NCBI GenBank assembly: GCA_963810615.1
Contig: CAWEOA010000002.1
Coordinates: 7,732 to 71,731, forward strand
Direction: 5' to 3'
Length of the DNA: 64,000 nucleotides
DNA from: an uncultured Gammaproteobacteria bacterium
Lineage (GTDB): Bacteria; Pseudomonadota; Gammaproteobacteria; DRLM01
Shown here: positions 27,382-37,939 of the stretch, piece by piece
Position numbering within the stretch: position 1 is the stretch's first letter
How the letters are laid out: each line of letters opens with the position of its first letter
Made by a program: the position numbers and the translations under genes
The notes under the pieces: model-generated
What the model saw: only the letters and a program-made list of their open reading frames with translations
Told to the model about the DNA's origin: nothing
Database searches by the model: none

Positions 27382-29843
27382 AAATATTACTGCACAGCTT
27401 TGCCGGGCGCATCACCATTGGCGTCGTGCTTATTCACGCGCTATTGATACCGTTCCTATTCGGCGTGGTCTTCGTGATCGAGGCCGGCTACAAGCAACAA
27501 TTCATCGAATATGTGCGCCATGATGCATCCGTGGTCGCCGAACAACTATCGGAAGAGCAAACCGAGAGCGGCTTCCTGCATCACCTCAACGATGCCGCAC
27601 TTTCGGGCGGCGTACTGGTTGCGCAATTGGTGACCGAAGACGGCACGCTTTTCAATTCAACTGTGCTGGATAAAGCCATACCACCCTCTGACTTTCAAGA
27701 GGATTTCCGTTTCGGAGAACATGGGGATTCCGTCTATTACATCTCACTGCCTATCGGCACCGCCGACGGCAAATCGGCCACTGTGCAGATGGGTTTCGAT
27801 GAAGCGCCCACACAAGAACAAATACAAAAGGCCTACCACAGGGTCGAAATACTCGCCGTAAGCTACATCACTCTTTCCCTGTTACCCGTGGCTTTCCTCA
27901 TACCGCAGCTGACTCGCCCCTTGCGCAAACTCAGAGATACGGCGCAGAAAATCGCCAAGGGCGAGGCAACAGAACAATTGTATGTAAAGTCCAGCATCTA
28001 CGAAATTTCAGATCTGGCCGACGATTTGGAAAGCATGCGCCATGAACTGGTAAATCGCAGTCAAGCCATCATCGCACGCGAGGGACGTATCAGCGCCATC
28101 ATGAACAATGTCGTAGACGGCATTATCACCATTGACGACAGCGGCACCATTGAGTCCATGAATCCCGCCGCACTGCAAATTTTCGGATACGAGCAGCCGG
28201 ATATCAGCGACATCAATTTTGACGACCTGCTGAATGATTCATATTTATTCGCAAGAAATCCCAACGACCAGATCGGGACATCTTCGTGCAAGGCATCCAT
28301 CACCAGCATCATGACCCATGAAACCGTGGGCCGGCGTAAGGACGGCAACACCCTCCCCATAGAAATTGCCATCAGTGAATTAACGCGCAGCGAAGGACGC
28401 CTCTTTATCGCCATTGTACGTGATATTACAGAGCGCAAGCGCTCGGAAGAGGAGCTGAAGGCATTACATGACGACCTGGAGAGGCGCGTCATTAAACGCA
28501 CCAAGGAATTGGCGTCGCTCAACCAGGAACTTGAACATCAGGCACTGCATGATGCCTTGACAGAGTTACCCAATCGTTTGTTGTTACAGGACCGCATGCA
28601 TCAAGCGCTGCTTTCTGCACAACGCGAACATCACCAACTGGCGCTGCTAATCACCGACCTGGATAGATTCAAGGAAATAAACGACACCCTCGGCCATCAT
28701 TATGGGGACCTGGTATTGCAAGAAGTGTCGGCGCGCATGCGTGCAGCACTACGAGGGTCGGATACCATCGCGCGTCTGGGCGGCGATGAATTTGCCATCC
28801 TGCTTCCCTATATCGAATCCGCCGACGACGCCGTCATGGCGGCCCGCAAACTGGTCGCCACCATGGAAAAACCCATCGTCCTTGAGGATCATAGTTTTCA
28901 CGTCGGCATCAGTGTCGGCATCGCACTATATCCCGATCATGGCCAAGACGGTTCGACCTTGATGCGTCACGCCGATGTCGCCATGTACGTAGCGAAGCGC
29001 TCGACATCGGGTTATGCGCTCTACGATCATTTGGAAGATCAACACAGCGTCAGTCGCTTGGCCATGGTAGGGGAATTACGCCATGCAATTGAACATAGAC
29101 AATTGGTACTATTCTACCAACCCAAGATCGATCTCAAGGAAGGTCAGATCACAGGTGTCGAGGCATTGGTACGCTGGAATCATCCGCAACGCGGCCTGCT
29201 GTCTCCCGACGAGTTTATCCCCCTGGCGGAACACACCGGGCTGATACGGCCTTTGACCTTCTTCGTCCTCGATGAGGCATTGCATCAGGCATCCGTCTGG
29301 AAGAAAAACGACTTGAACCTGAAAATGGCCGTCAACCTCTCTGCCCACCACCTGCAAGACGAACAACTGGCCAGCAAAGTTGAATCCGCCATGCGGCAAT
29401 GGGATGTACCGCCGGAACTGCTGGAATTCGAGATCACTGAGAGCGCGATTATGGCCAATCCCCTGCGCGCCATGAACACCCTTACTCAATTGAGCAGGAT
29501 GGGCATAGGTCTTTCGATCGATGATTTCGGCACCGGATATTCGTCGTTAATATACCTTAAGCAATTACCAGTCGATGAAATCAAAATCGACAAATCCTTC
29601 GTCATCGATATGCTGGAGAACAATGAAGATCTGGTGATCGTCCGCTCCACCATCGACCTAGCGCACAACATGGGGAGACAGGTGGTGGCCGAAGGTGTAG
29701 AAAGCGAAGAGGTCTTGAATCTTTTGATGGAACTGGGCTGCGATATGGCCCAGGGCTATTACATAAGCCGTCCTATCACCGCCAATATTATCACCCAGTG
29801 GCTACAACAAACCCAATGGCCGCTAAAGCGCAGCAATGCTTGA
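27360..29843 (+). CDS. Inner-membrane sensor with a periplasmic loop, HAMP, PAS, GGDEF and EAL domains, a bifunctional diguanylate cyclase/phosphodiesterase candidate.
   Basis: Two TM helices (ITIGVVLIHALLIPFLFGVVFVI and ILAVSYITLSLLPVAFLIPQL) enclose about 145 aa. A HAMP and a PAS domain follow. GGDEF is intact and has an RGSD I-site (RxxD). The EAL domain carries EALVRW, EFEITES, DDFGTGYSS, KIDKSFV, EGVESEE and QGYY, so it is catalytically complete. Confidence 0.9.
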   Translation: MARHNRIKILLHSFAGRITIGVVLIHALLIPFLFGVVFVIEAGYKQQFIEYVRHDASVVAEQLSEEQTESGFLHHLNDAALSGGVLVAQLVTEDGTLFNSTVLDKAIPPSDFQEDFRFGEHGDSVYYISLPIGTADGKSATVQMGFDEAPTQEQIQKAYHRVEILAVSYITLSLLPVAFLIPQLTRPLRKLRDTAQKIAKGEATEQLYVKSSIYEISDLADDLESMRHELVNRSQAIIAREGRISAIMNNVVDGIITIDDSGTIESMNPAALQIFGYEQPDISDINFDDLLNDSYLFARNPNDQIGTSSCKASITSIMTHETVGRRKDGNTLPIEIAISELTRSEGRLFIAIVRDITERKRSEEELKALHDDLERRVIKRTKELASLNQELEHQALHDALTELPNRLLLQDRMHQALLSAQREHHQLALLITDLDRFKEINDTLGHHYGDLVLQEVSARMRAALRGSDTIARLGGDEFAILLPYIESADDAVMAARKLVATMEKPIVLEDHSFHVGISVGIALYPDHGQDGSTLMRHADVAMYVAKRSTSGYALYDHLEDQHSVSRLAMVGELRHAIEHRQLVLFYQPKIDLKEGQITGVEALVRWNHPQRGLLSPDEFIPLAEHTGLIRPLTFFVLDEALHQASVWKKNDLNLKMAVNLSAHHLQDEQLASKVESAMRQWDVPPELLEFEITESAIMANPLRAMNTLTQLSRMGIGLSIDDFGTGYSSLIYLKQLPVDEIKIDKSFVIDMLENNEDLVIVRSTIDLAHNMGRQVVAEGVESEEVLNLLMELGCDMAQGYYISRPITANIITQWLQQTQWPLKRSNA

Positions 29844-29930
29844 TGGCGGGTGGAAAGTTACCCTTAAAATCCTTAAACCCTGGATAGAAATCGATCGCTC
29901 ACTCCCAAGCGTGACATTCAATCAAAGCAA

Positions 29931-30422
29931 TCAGGCGGCAAACACAACGCTGCCCAAGTGTAAACAACATGCCGCATATATCCCGGCGAGCACATCGTCC
30001 ACCATCACCCCGAATCCTCCGGATACTCGGCGATCCAACCAGTAAATCGGCCACGGCTTCCAAATATCGAAGAGCCGAAACAAGATAAAGCCCGCCGCTA
30101 TCCACAACCAACCGGCCGGCGCCGCTGCCATGGTCACCCAAAAACCCACCATCTCATCCCAGACTATGGCGCCATGATCATGAACGCCCAAAACCCGTCC
30201 CGCTTTGCCGCATACCCATACCCCGACGGCGAACAACGCAACCGTCAACGCTAGATATTCCGGCAAGGGAAGACGCGCGAACAGCACATAAAAGGGCAGT
30301 GCCATCAGCGTTCCCCAGGTACCCGGCGCCTTGGGGAGGGCACCGGCACCGAAACCCAGCGCGATAACGCAGAGGGGATCGCGCCACACCGCTGCGGGGA
30401 TGGGTGGCGAGCTAGCAGACAT
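29931..30422 (-). CDS. pgpA: Phosphatidylglycerophosphatase A.
   Basis: It has the PgpA family pattern GFGAGALPKAPGTWGTL...WDEMVGF and hydrophobic segments. It sits in the conserved thiL-pgpA position. Confidence 0.85.
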   Translation of the reverse strand: MSASSPPIPAAVWRDPLCVIALGFGAGALPKAPGTWGTLMALPFYVLFARLPLPEYLALTVALFAVGVWVCGKAGRVLGVHDHGAIVWDEMVGFWVTMAAAPAGWLWIAAGFILFRLFDIWKPWPIYWLDRRVSGGFGVMVDDVLAGIYAACCLHLGSVVFAA

Positions 30423-31420
30423 CAGTTACCCGGTTCTTGAGAAAAATGTTCATAGCCGCTGCGCTCTAATGGCAGCAGCGTTCCGTCCGCTTGCCTCAGC
30501 CGCAAACCCGGTGCCGCTTCAATAATACCAATGGCGTGACACCCGCACGAAAAGTTTGAGAACAGTTCTTCCAACCGCCGGCCTTGCGCCGCCGGGGCCG
30601 TAAAGCACAGCTCATAGTCATCGCCGGCACTGAGAGCCAGACGCAAGCGTTCGGCCTCATTCAAATAATATTTGCCTGAAGCGGTCACCGCGACGAATGA
30701 CGGGGAAAGTGGAATGTCGTATAGATTCAAGGTCGCCCCCACCCCGCTGACTTCAAGAATATGGCCAAGGTCCGCCGCCAAGCCATCGGAGATATCGACC
30801 ATGGCGGTCGCTTCACCGCTGAGTGCCTGACCTTCCTTACAGCGCGGGATGGGACGATGCAAGCGGGAGAATAGGTACTCCCCGTCAGCTGCGGGTATAT
30901 CCTGTTGCTGTTGCCAGGCGCGCAAGGCCAAGCCGGCATCCCCTACCGAGCCCGTGAGATAGATGACATCACCGGGACGCGCCCCAGAGCGCCGCACCGC
31001 CATTCCGGCGCGCACCCACCCCTGAAGCTGCACCGTGACGGTCAATGGCCCATGGGTGGTGTCACCGCCGATGAGCTGCACTCCGCACTGTTCCGCCAGG
31101 TCAAAGAATCCGCTCGCGAAGGCGCCCAGCCACACCTCATCGGCGTGTGGCAAGGTCAAGGCCAAGGTGGCCCAGGCCGGCACCGCGCCCATAGCCGCAA
31201 TATCGCTGAGATTCACTGCCAAGGCCTTATGCCCCACGTTTTCGGGGTGGGTATCGTGAGGAAAATGCACGCCGGCCACCAGGGTATCCACCACGGTCAC
31301 CAAGTCGCAATTCGGAGGCGCATGCACAACGGCGCCGTCATCACCAATGCCTATCACTACATCGCCGCGATCGAGGCCGCGACCGGCAAAATTACGACGG
31401 ATGATATCGAATTCCGACAT
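30422..31420 (-). CDS. thiL: Thiamine-monophosphate kinase.
   Basis: The start is MSEFDIIRRNF. It has the AIR-synthase-like fold motifs GDDGAVV, NLSDIAAMGA and DISDGLAADLGHI. It sits downstream of nusB as in other proteobacteria. Confidence 0.9.
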   Translation of the reverse strand: MSEFDIIRRNFAGRGLDRGDVVIGIGDDGAVVHAPPNCDLVTVVDTLVAGVHFPHDTHPENVGHKALAVNLSDIAAMGAVPAWATLALTLPHADEVWLGAFASGFFDLAEQCGVQLIGGDTTHGPLTVTVQLQGWVRAGMAVRRSGARPGDVIYLTGSVGDAGLALRAWQQQQDIPAADGEYLFSRLHRPIPRCKEGQALSGEATAMVDISDGLAADLGHILEVSGVGATLNLYDIPLSPSFVAVTASGKYYLNEAERLRLALSAGDDYELCFTAPAAQGRRLEELFSNFSCGCHAIGIIEAAPGLRLRQADGTLLPLERSGYEHFSQEPGN

Positions 31421-31477
31421 TGCCATGTTCACACCGCTCCCCGGCAGGACCCATCACCGGGCGGACCTAGCCCGCGC

Positions 31478-31954
31478 TCAACGGGTGTTCATCTTAAGCT
31501 CGGCACGACGCAGTTCCCTTGCCACCTTATCCATCACGCCATTGATATAACGGTGACTTTGCTCGGCGCCGAATACTTTGGCCAATTCCACCGCCTCGTT
31601 GATGATCACCCGAAAGGGGATCTGTGGCTGATGGGCCAGCTCGCTGACACCGATGCGCAGGATCGCCAATTCCACCGGATCCAATTCGGTGACGGGACGA
31701 TCCAAGAAAGGCATCAGATGCGCATCCAGCTCCGCCACATGCGCGGGAATAGAGCGCAGCAACTCGCTGAAATAAGCTACGTCGGCCTGGCCAAGATCCT
31801 GCTCGGCCAAAAACTGGGCCTCGATCTCGCCAATCTCCGCACCGCCCACCTGCCATTGATAAATAGCCTGCAAGGCGCAGCGCCTGGCCTTGCTGCGCGC
31901 CTGGCTGATTGAAGTTTTTTTCGCCAAATTAGCTCTGCCTATGAGCGCCATCAT
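31478..31954 (-). CDS. nusB: Transcription antitermination factor NusB.
   Basis: ARRCALQAIYQWQ...NEAVELAKVFGAEQSHRYINGVMDKVAR aligns with E. coli NusB. The exact start is uncertain. Confidence 0.9.
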   Translation of the reverse strand: MMALIGRANLAKKTSISQARSKARRCALQAIYQWQVGGAEIGEIEAQFLAEQDLGQADVAYFSELLRSIPAHVAELDAHLMPFLDRPVTELDPVELAILRIGVSELAHQPQIPFRVIINEAVELAKVFGAEQSHRYINGVMDKVARELRRAELKMNTR

Positions 31955-31973
31955 GAGGATGAACGCATGAATA

Positions 31974-32447
31974 TCAACCGAGCCGCTTTAACAGACTCAC
32001 CATTTCCAAAGCGGACATCGCCGCCTCGGCACCCTTGTTTCCCGCCTTGGTGCCGGCCCGTTCCACCGCCTGCTCGATGGTATCCACGGTCAACACCCCA
32101 AAAGCAATCGGCACATCGAATTTCAACGCCACCGCCGCGATGCCTTTGACACATTCACCCGCCACGTAATCGAAATGAGGTGTGGCGCCGCGAATCACAC
32201 AACCCAGGGCGATTATCCCGTCATATTGCTTGGAAGAGGCCACGCGCTGCGCGGCCAAGGGGATCTCAAAGGCTCCCGGAGTATGGATGACATCGATGCT
32301 TTTCGCCTCGACGCCGTGGCGCACCAAGGTATCGATTGCCCCGGCCAGCAAATGGTCAACTATGTAGCTGTTGAAGCGCCCCGCGACAATGGCGAAACGT
32401 GCCCCCTGAGCGACAAAGTCCCCGCTAATGGTGTTAACACTGTTCAT
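31974..32447 (-). CDS. ribH: 6,7-dimethyl-8-ribityllumazine synthase.
   Basis: The start is [10 protein letters not shown]. The signatures [20 protein letters not shown] and GVLTVDT are present. Confidence 0.9.
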   Translation of the reverse strand: MNSVNTISGDFVAQGARFAIVAGRFNSYIVDHLLAGAIDTLVRHGVEAKSIDVIHTPGAFEIPLAAQRVASSKQYDGIIALGCVIRGATPHFDYVAGECVKGIAAVALKFDVPIAFGVLTVDTIEQAVERAGTKAGNKGAEAAMSALEMVSLLKRLG

Positions 32448-32497
32448 AACCGTCTCTTTCTCGCCGCCACACCGGCGTTGTCTCAATTATGCCTATT

Positions 32498-33610
32498 CTA
32501 TTCGGCGCCGACATATTCCACCACTTCCAGGCCGAAACCGGATATGCCGTGCATACGCTTGGGGGTTCCCAATACGCGCATTTTGGCCACTCCGATATCC
32601 GCCAGGATCTGCGCCCCCACGCCGAATGTGCGCAGTTCCTCCTGCATAGGCAGTTTAGGAAGCTGGGCACCCTGCTCCTGCAGGCGATAGGCGCGCAGGT
32701 GATCGACCAGTTCCTGCGCCTCATTAGGTTTGCGCAACACCACCAGCACCCCTCTGTCCTCAGCGGCGATGCGTTGCAACGCCTCACGCATCGACCAACT
32801 CACATCGTCGCGGGCGGCACCGAACAGATCGCTCAAGGTATCCAGCATATGCACACGCACCAGCACCGGACCATCGCCGTGAATTTCACCCTTGACCAGC
32901 GCCAAATGAATTTCTCCGCCCACCTTGTCCCGATAGGCCGACAGGCGAAAGACACCGTAGTCCGTGTCCAGATTACTCTCGTCCAGCAGTTCGATGGTCT
33001 TCTCGTGCTGCATGCGATAGTGAATCAGATCGGCGATGGTGCCGATCTTGAGGCCGTGAACCTCGGCAAAACCCTCCAGTTCCGGACGGCGCGCCATGCT
33101 ACCGTCTTCATTGAGGATCTCCACAATCACTGCCGCGGGTTCCAATCCTGCAAACCGGGCGAGATCACAGCCCGCCTCAGTGTGCCCGGCCCGGGTCAAG
33201 ACCCCGCCCGCTTGCGCCATGAGCGGAAAAATATGGCCGGGTTGTACGATGTCGTCCGGACCGGCGTCATCGGCCACCGCGGCGCGGATGGTGGTGGCGC
33301 GATCCGCGGCGGAGATACCTGTGGTCACACCCCGCGCCGCCTCGATGGAAACGGTAAAGTTGGTGGCATGGTTGCTGCGGGCACCGGCCACCATCAAGGG
33401 CAGGCGCAGGCGCTCGCAGCGTTCCTGCGTCAAGGTCAGGCATATCAATCCCCGCCCATAGCGGGCCATGAAGTTGATATCCTCCGGACGGACACAGGAA
33501 GCCGCCATCACCAGATCGCCTTCGTTTTCACGATCTTCGTCATCGACGATGATCACCATCCGCCCACGGCGGATGTCTTCAATAATTTCGGAAACGGGTG
33601 AAAAAGACAT
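32498..33610 (-). CDS. ribBA: Bifunctional 3,4-dihydroxy-2-butanone-4-phosphate synthase / GTP cyclohydrolase II.
   Basis: The N-terminal DHBP synthase domain carries [12 protein letters not shown]. The C-terminal GTP cyclohydrolase II domain carries the RVHMLD region. The 370-aa length is typical. Confidence 0.9.
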   Translation of the reverse strand: MSFSPVSEIIEDIRRGRMVIIVDDEDRENEGDLVMAASCVRPEDINFMARYGRGLICLTLTQERCERLRLPLMVAGARSNHATNFTVSIEAARGVTTGISAADRATTIRAAVADDAGPDDIVQPGHIFPLMAQAGGVLTRAGHTEAGCDLARFAGLEPAAVIVEILNEDGSMARRPELEGFAEVHGLKIGTIADLIHYRMQHEKTIELLDESNLDTDYGVFRLSAYRDKVGGEIHLALVKGEIHGDGPVLVRVHMLDTLSDLFGAARDDVSWSMREALQRIAAEDRGVLVVLRKPNEAQELVDHLRAYRLQEQGAQLPKLPMQEELRTFGVGAQILADIGVAKMRVLGTPKRMHGISGFGLEVVEYVGAE

Positions 33611-33706
33611 ATCCCGGAAATCTCCAAGTATCAGGCACGGCAGACGGCGCTATGCCGCATCGGCCGATAGCGGATGAATTGTAACTTGAGAACGGCAGGG
33701 ATACGT

Positions 33707-34363
33707 TTATTCATGTATAAATCCGTATTGCGCCAACAGTCCGCGACCAAGACCTTGGCCTTGAGCGGTGGAATCGTTCGCCAACAGCCGTTCCACATAG
33801 CGCGCCATCAAGTCGACTTCGATGTTTACCCGCCTGCCCACCGCGAATGAACCTAAAGTCGTTTCCTGCAAGGTATGCGGCACGATATTCACCTCGAAGC
33901 GCTCGCCTTGCACCGTGTTGACCGTAAGGCTCACACCATCAACACAGATAGAACCTTTCGCGGCGATATATTTGGCCAAGGGCGCCGGCACTTCGATCAT
34001 GAAACGCAGTGATTGTCCCGCCGGCGTCCGCATCTTCACCTCGCCCACCCCGTCCACATGACCGCTCACCAGATGACCGCCCAGCGGTGTACCCAGCGTC
34101 AAGGCCTTTTCCAGATTCACCGGACCCCCCACCTGCAGTGACGCGAAGGTGGTGCATCCCAGCGTCTCCACCGAGACATCCGCACTGAATCCTTCCTTAT
34201 GCAGGGCTACAACGGTCAAACACACCCCGCTCACGGCGATGCTGTCGCCCACGCGCACCGCGGCAAGATCAAGCTTACCGCTGGCGATGCGCACTCGGGC
34301 ATCCGCCCCCTGACGCGCCAATTCCTGCACTTTACCCAAGGCCTGAACGATACCTGTAAACAT
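33707..34363 (-). CDS. ribC: Riboflavin synthase (alpha subunit).
   Basis: The N-terminus is MFTGIV. Internal duplication with two lumazine-binding repeats (GDSIAVSGVCLTV and GSICVDGVSLTV) is present. Confidence 0.9.
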   Translation of the reverse strand: MFTGIVQALGKVQELARQGADARVRIASGKLDLAAVRVGDSIAVSGVCLTVVALHKEGFSADVSVETLGCTTFASLQVGGPVNLEKALTLGTPLGGHLVSGHVDGVGEVKMRTPAGQSLRFMIEVPAPLAKYIAAKGSICVDGVSLTVNTVQGERFEVNIVPHTLQETTLGSFAVGRRVNIEVDLMARYVERLLANDSTAQGQGLGRGLLAQYGFIHE

Positions 34364-34424
34364 ATTCGTCGCTTATTGCCCGTCCGAAACCGCAAGGATA
34401 GATACTACCTTAAAGCCCTGAACG

Positions 34425-35564
34425 TCACATTGTTTCCTGCGCGTTTCTGATCCGCGCCTGGATCCGCCAGTCCTTCCCCACGGCACGCACATCACTTATA
34501 TCCAACGCCATGCAATCGGCCAGGCGCGTAAAGGCCGGCATATGAAATAGCGCGCGCGCGGCGTCGCCCATCAACAGCGGCGCCACATAGATGATCAACT
34601 CATCGACCAAACCCGCCTGCAATAAGGCACCGCTCAAGGTCGGGCCCGCCTCCACCCACAGCTCATTGACGCCCTCTTGCGCCAAGCGCTGCAGTACCGC
34701 CACGAGATCCATGCCCGAACCTCCGGACAGTGGCGGTGCATATTCCACGCTAACGCCCGCCGCGTGCAGCGCAGCGGCCTGGTCCGCCGCGGCGGCGCTG
34801 AAAAGCCAGGTGCGACCCGGCTGCGCAAGGATGCGCGCCGTCGCCGGGATACGCAAATGGGTATCCAACACCACGCGCAAGGGCTGACGGATATCTGCCC
34901 CGCACGCTTGCCCCTCCACTAACGGTGCCTCCAACCGCACCGTCAGCGCCGGATCATCGGCCAGTACCGTACCGATACCAGTCAGCACCGCGGAACTGCG
35001 CGCCCGCCAATGATGCACGTCGCGACGCGCCGCTACACCGGTGATCCAACGGCTCTCGCCGTTGGCCAGGGCAGTGCGCCCGTCGAGACTCATGGCCATC
35101 TTACACCGCACCCACGGCATACCACAGCGCATGCGCTGAATGAAACCGAGATTGAGTCCTTCGGCTTCATTTTGCAGTACGCCCGTCTCCACCCTGATGC
35201 CCGAGCGCGCCAAGCGAGCCAAACCCTCGCCGGCCACGCGCGGATTGGGATCTTGCATAGCGCTCACTACGCGAGCCACGCCCGCGGCAATCAAGGCATC
35301 GGCACAGGGCGGGGTACGCCCATGGTGACTGCACGGTTCCAGGGTGACATAGACATCCGCGCCGCGGGCGCGATCGCCGGCCTGGCGCAAGGCATATACT
35401 TCGGCGTGGGGTTCGCCGGCGCGGCAATGCCAACCCTCACCCACAATCTCGCCATTACTTACCACCACGCAACCGACTCGGGGATTGGGATCCGTGGTAT
35501 AGAGGCCACGCTCCGCCAAACGCAGGGCATGGGCCATGAAGGCGATATCGGCGGCGGCACTCAT
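34425..35564 (-). CDS. ribD: Bifunctional diaminohydroxyphosphoribosylaminopyrimidine deaminase / 5-amino-6-(5-phosphoribosylamino)uracil reductase.
   Basis: The deaminase zinc motifs HAEVYAL and PCSHHGRTPPC are present. A C-terminal reductase domain follows. Confidence 0.9.
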   Translation of the reverse strand: MSAAADIAFMAHALRLAERGLYTTDPNPRVGCVVVSNGEIVGEGWHCRAGEPHAEVYALRQAGDRARGADVYVTLEPCSHHGRTPPCADALIAAGVARVVSAMQDPNPRVAGEGLARLARSGIRVETGVLQNEAEGLNLGFIQRMRCGMPWVRCKMAMSLDGRTALANGESRWITGVAARRDVHHWRARSSAVLTGIGTVLADDPALTVRLEAPLVEGQACGADIRQPLRVVLDTHLRIPATARILAQPGRTWLFSAAAADQAAALHAAGVSVEYAPPLSGGSGMDLVAVLQRLAQEGVNELWVEAGPTLSGALLQAGLVDELIIYVAPLLMGDAARALFHMPAFTRLADCMALDISDVRAVGKDWRIQARIRNAQETM

Positions 35565-35600
35565 AGCGGCTCAGCGGTTCTTACACACTTTTCAGGCCCG

Positions 35601-36128
35601 TCATTCTGTTGAGGGTTTGCGTTTAGCGCGCGACTCGGGCAACAGCGGCATTTGTTGATTGGCGATTTCCGGCGGCGGCGAATTTTGCAGGCGCTCGATC
35701 TCTTCACGAAAGGCGTTCACATCCTGGAAACTGCGATACACGGAGGCGAAGCGCACATAGGCCACCTCGTCCAAGGCCCGCAACTCTTCCATCACCCACT
35801 CCCCCAACACCCGGGCACGCACTTCCCGTTCGCCGCTGGCGCGCAAACGGTGGATGAGACGGGTCATGCTCTCCTCGACACGCTCGATCGCCACCGGCCG
35901 CTTTTCCAGGGCGCGCAGCATACCGGCGCGCAGCTTGTTTTCGTCGAACGGTTCACGCCGTCCGTCACCCTTCACGATGGAAGGCAGGGCCAACGCCGCG
36001 GTCTCAAACGTGGTAAAGCGCTCGGCACACTCCGTACACTCGCGGCGACGCCGCACCGAATGTCCTTCACTGGCAAGGCGAGAATCGATGACCTTGGTAT
36101 CCTCAGCCCCGCAAAATGGACAGCGCAT
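35601..36128 (-). CDS. nrdR: Transcriptional repressor NrdR.
   Basis: The N-terminus is [17 protein letters not shown]...[16 protein letters not shown] (a zinc ribbon). An ATP-cone domain follows. Confidence 0.95.
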   Translation of the reverse strand: MRCPFCGAEDTKVIDSRLASEGHSVRRRRECTECAERFTTFETAALALPSIVKGDGRREPFDENKLRAGMLRALEKRPVAIERVEESMTRLIHRLRASGEREVRARVLGEWVMEELRALDEVAYVRFASVYRSFQDVNAFREEIERLQNSPPPEIANQQMPLLPESRAKRKPSTE

Positions 36129-36196
36129 GTTGGCTTTGACCCTGTGCCTTACCGCTAGCCCTCACTGTGGATCTCAGTAAAAGCGGCGGGGCTTGA

Positions 36197-37453
36197 TTAT
36201 TGCTGATACACCGGCAAACGGAGGGTAACCTCCAGGACCTGGCTCCGCACCCGTTCGACGACCGCCGTATCCGCGACGTGATCCAGGATATCGCAGATCC
36301 AGCCGGCCAATTCCCGTGATTCCGCCACCTTGAAACCGCGGGTGGTGATGGCCGGCGTACCGATGCGGATGCCACTGGTAACGAAGGGCGAACGCGGATC
36401 GTTGGGGACAGCGTTCTTGTTGACGGTGATATGGGCCGCGCCCAGCGCCGCCTCCGCATCCTTGCCGGTAATGTCCTTGTCGATGAGGTCCACTAGGAAC
36501 AAATGATTATCCGTACCGCCGGAGACTATCTTGTAACCGCGATCCATCATCACCTGGGCCATGGCCCGGGAATTCTCCAGCACCTGGGCTTGATAGTCCT
36601 TGAAATCCGGCTGCAAGGCCTCCTTGAAGGCCACCGCCTTGGCGGCGATGACGTGCATCAGCGGTCCGCCCTGACTACCGGGGAATACCATGGAATTGAG
36701 CTTCTTCTCCACCTCCGGATTGGAACGCGCCAGGATCATACCGCCGCGGGGACCGCGTAGGGTCTTATGGGTGGTAGTGGTGGTGATATCGGCGATCTGT
36801 ACCGGACTGGGGTAGATACCCGCGGCGATTAGGCCCGCCACGTGGGCCATATCCACGAATAGATAAGCACCGACTTCATCGGCAATGGCGCGGAAACGCG
36901 CCCAATCCACCACCCGCGAATAGGCACTGAAGCCGGCGACGATCATCTTGGGCCGATGTTCGCGGGCCAGCTGCTCGACTTGTGCATAGTCGATCTCGCC
37001 GGTAGCGATATCCAGGCCGTATTGAACGGCGTCGTACAATTTCCCAGAGAAATTCACCTTGGCCCCGTGGGTCAAATGCCCACCGTGGGCCAGGCTCATG
37101 CCCAGTATGGTGTCCCCCGGGTTGAGCAAGGCCATATACACGGCCGCATTGGCCTGAGATCCGGAATGGGGCTGGACGTTGGCATAGGCGGCGCCGAACA
37201 ACTCCTTGGCGCGGTCTATGGCCAATTGCTCGGCGATGTCCACGAACTCGCAACCACCATAATAGCGCTTGCCGGGATAGCCTTCGGCATATTTATTAGT
37301 TAAAACAGACCCTTGTGCCTCCAAAACCCGGGGGCTCGCATAATTTTCCGAGGCTATGAGTTCAATATGTTGTTCTTGACGCTGGACCTCCTGAGTGATG
37401 GCAGTCCATAAGATGTCATCGAAGCCGGCAATCCGCATGTCTCGTGAATACAT
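36197..37453 (-). CDS. glyA: Serine hydroxymethyltransferase.
   Basis: It is collinear with E. coli GlyA, matching [27 protein letters not shown] and the PLP-lysine region [11 protein letters not shown]. Confidence 0.95.
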   Translation of the reverse strand: MYSRDMRIAGFDDILWTAITQEVQRQEQHIELIASENYASPRVLEAQGSVLTNKYAEGYPGKRYYGGCEFVDIAEQLAIDRAKELFGAAYANVQPHSGSQANAAVYMALLNPGDTILGMSLAHGGHLTHGAKVNFSGKLYDAVQYGLDIATGEIDYAQVEQLAREHRPKMIVAGFSAYSRVVDWARFRAIADEVGAYLFVDMAHVAGLIAAGIYPSPVQIADITTTTTHKTLRGPRGGMILARSNPEVEKKLNSMVFPGSQGGPLMHVIAAKAVAFKEALQPDFKDYQAQVLENSRAMAQVMMDRGYKIVSGGTDNHLFLVDLIDKDITGKDAEAALGAAHITVNKNAVPNDPRSPFVTSGIRIGTPAITTRGFKVAESRELAGWICDILDHVADTAVVERVRSQVLEVTLRLPVYQQ

Positions 37454-37939
37454 TATTCGTTCACCTGATAAATAGTTAGCGCTGTCTGAAAAGGGTCAAA
37501 GCATACCCGATTTCCGCCCCGGATGCAGTACGCAAAACCGCTCGGCACCCGGGTCTCCAGGCACTTTTCCCGATACCTGGACTATCCTGCATTCAGATCC
37601 CGAGGATGCGATGTCAACAATTTCCATGATATAGTAAGCTCAGAATTGTCATCCGGTTAGAAGCGTGGAAGTAAGGCTGAAACAGCGCCAAACACAGTCT
37701 CCTTTTGCTCTTTAGGAATGCCGGTAAGACAAGGGTAATAGACAATGATGCTAACTCTCTGATATTCAGAGTTATGGTCTCGGGATCTATCAATCAATCC
37801 ATTGTCGTTTGAATGAAACCCGAATCCCTGTGAAGCAGAGAGGTATCAGCTTTGCCCGATAAACGTAAACCCGCCGGTAGTGCCTGATCAACGCATGCCC
37901 GGCACTAGCAACATGGACGTAATTTAGGAGACATAATCC

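Noticed and set aside
32489-33601. A 370-aa plus-strand ORF opposite ribBA, and similar antisense ORFs at 12242-12910, 14143-15108, 41563-42321, 52018-53229 and 59379-60308.
   Set aside because: Each is the mirror frame of a confidently assigned gene (ribBA, parC, parE, secD, glgC, asd paralog). None has family motifs.
37454-37650. A possible ZTP (pfl) or other riboswitch in the glyA leader.
   Set aside because: Partial matches (GCCUGG, CCGGGGCGGA) are in the wrong order relative to the ZTP consensus. No convincing two-subdomain pseudoknot arrangement could be built by eye.
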